Source: Tubiluchus corallicola | Taxonomy: Eukaryota > Animalia > Priapulida | Assembly: GCA_030141605.1 (NCBI GenBank) | Contig: JAQGDQ010000058.1 | Location: forward strand, 157,852 to 221,851 | Length of the DNA: 64,000 nucleotides | Reading direction: 5' to 3' | Translations under genes and position numbers: made by a program | Part shown: piece by piece, positions 62,586-64,000 of the stretch | Numbering within the stretch: the first letter of the stretch is position 1 | Layout of the letters: every line of letters begins with the position of its first letter | Notes under the pieces: generated by a model | Told to the model about the DNA's origin: nothing | What the model saw: the letters and a program-made list of their open reading frames with translations, nothing else | Databases searched by the model: none

Positions 62586-64000
62586 AGACTAAAGAGAAAT
62601 CTGAAGTTTTGTCACCATACAGAATAAAATTAATCATTAGGCTTAGCTTTATAAAAAATTTATGGAAAGGTGCATATATTATATGGCTATTTTCAATTCA
62701 AGGGAGCAGTGAAAGGCCGAGTAAAATTATAAAACATATGTGAATGCTGAATACCAATATGGTCACTCGGTAAACAATCCTAATTGAGCTGCTTGTGGAA
62801 ATAATAAACAAAACCAATAATTTGGACTAGTGCAAAGAAGAGAGTGAAAACCTACACTGCACTGCAGTATTGATTACACGCTCAATCAAACAAGCAATTA
62901 GACAAGGCTTCCAACAAACTATCCCTCAGAAAAGCAAAGTGAAAAACTTTGTATTTGTTTTGTAGCCAGTGAACGTGCAAAGTTCATTTATGTGCACATT
63001 TATACTAGCATAGTGACTCCTGTAAAATGGATGAATGAATAAATGCCTGAATAAATGCATAAATAAAGTTTATGAATGTTGTTCTGACCAGTTTAACAAA
63101 AATTTGAGAACAGTATTGCCATTCTGATGAAAAAAATATAACACATATCACACAACACAAGACACTATGATCATTATTTGGAGTGCTCTCATTTGTGGCT
63201 GCAATTAAAGGTTCAGTATTGACGTGAAAGATCAGATTCTCTATTTTCGCCATTCGCAACAGTATATTTCTTGGTCTCTATTTTAATTTTGATAGTTAAA
63301 TTAAGCTGCCTTGAAATAAGAATGCTTAATTTTTTCGCCGTTTGTTTTAATAATTTTAGATTCTGATAGCAATAACAAATTTCTTTGAATGCAAAGTTTT
63401 TGAAATAGATAGTTTTTCTCACTAACTAGTTACACAAGTACACTGAAATGATATCACTTTTCTGTTCATATTCAGCTATTATGCTGAAATACCTTTCAAG
63501 TCTAATGATGGTTTTTTTTAATTAACTCAAAACGTACTGTGCAAGGAAGTATAGGCCACCATGTTTTTTACAGTAGCCACTCTTTTTTGTTATTTATTCA
63601 TTAAATATTTACCGGTATTCATTATTTCTACATTTAGACAGTGCATTCTACTGGCATGTAGGTGTTAGTTTTGCTAAACTCACCTCATCATGGTAACTCG
63701 CCAGAAAATTTTGAAGAGTTTAGTAGTGTTATTAATGATGATTTCATCATTTAAATTTGCGCACCCTACATGTGCTGCATATTTCATAATGAGCGTCGAT
63801 ACATGAACATTTACGTAGCATCCACTGGGACGTAGCTCAGCCAGTATCCACATGCATAATGTAAACAACAAGGCCCGTCTTAATAGGCTTTCTGCTTGAT
63901 ATCTTAATCAATAATCTTATCATTTATAATAAACAGCTCGATTAATAACTAATATTTAGAGGTGGTTAAACCGATATATGAAAATATTACCTGGACATTA

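Noticed and set aside
63680-63871. Upstream coding exon of the tau-like gene (minus-strand GTGAGT donor near 63683)
   Set aside because: The frame compatible with the phase-0 exon at 62069 has nearby stops and no start or acceptor, so it cannot be supported without cDNA.

Overview
AT-rich, intron-rich animal (invertebrate-looking) genomic DNA; there are no prokaryotic features such as operons or CRISPR arrays. I assembled four spliced genes by hand from splice sites and reading-frame continuity. (1) WDR37, minus strand, 10 coding exons, 481 aa. (2) INO80D, plus strand, 10 coding exons, 1090 aa, head-to-head with WDR37 and carrying a U12 (minor-spliceosome)-type intron. (3) A 438-aa class I/II PLP-dependent aminotransferase resembling the bacterial AspC/Ib type, plus strand, 12 coding exons. 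(4) The 3' part of a tau/MAP2-like gene, minus strand, with six microtubule-binding repeats plus a pseudo-repeat. The first 3.5 kb is an array of non-autonomous Helitron-like elements showing a CTAG|TC head-to-tail junction, degenerate bypassed terminators and a captured CACCA minisatellite. Introns hold many MITEs (hAT, Tigger/pogo, Merlin-like), a CR1/L2-like LINE fragment, a foldback element with a tRNA-derived core, and microsatellites. Most entries in the ORF track are spurious or partial exons. Family assignments rest on recalled motifs; no database searches were run.
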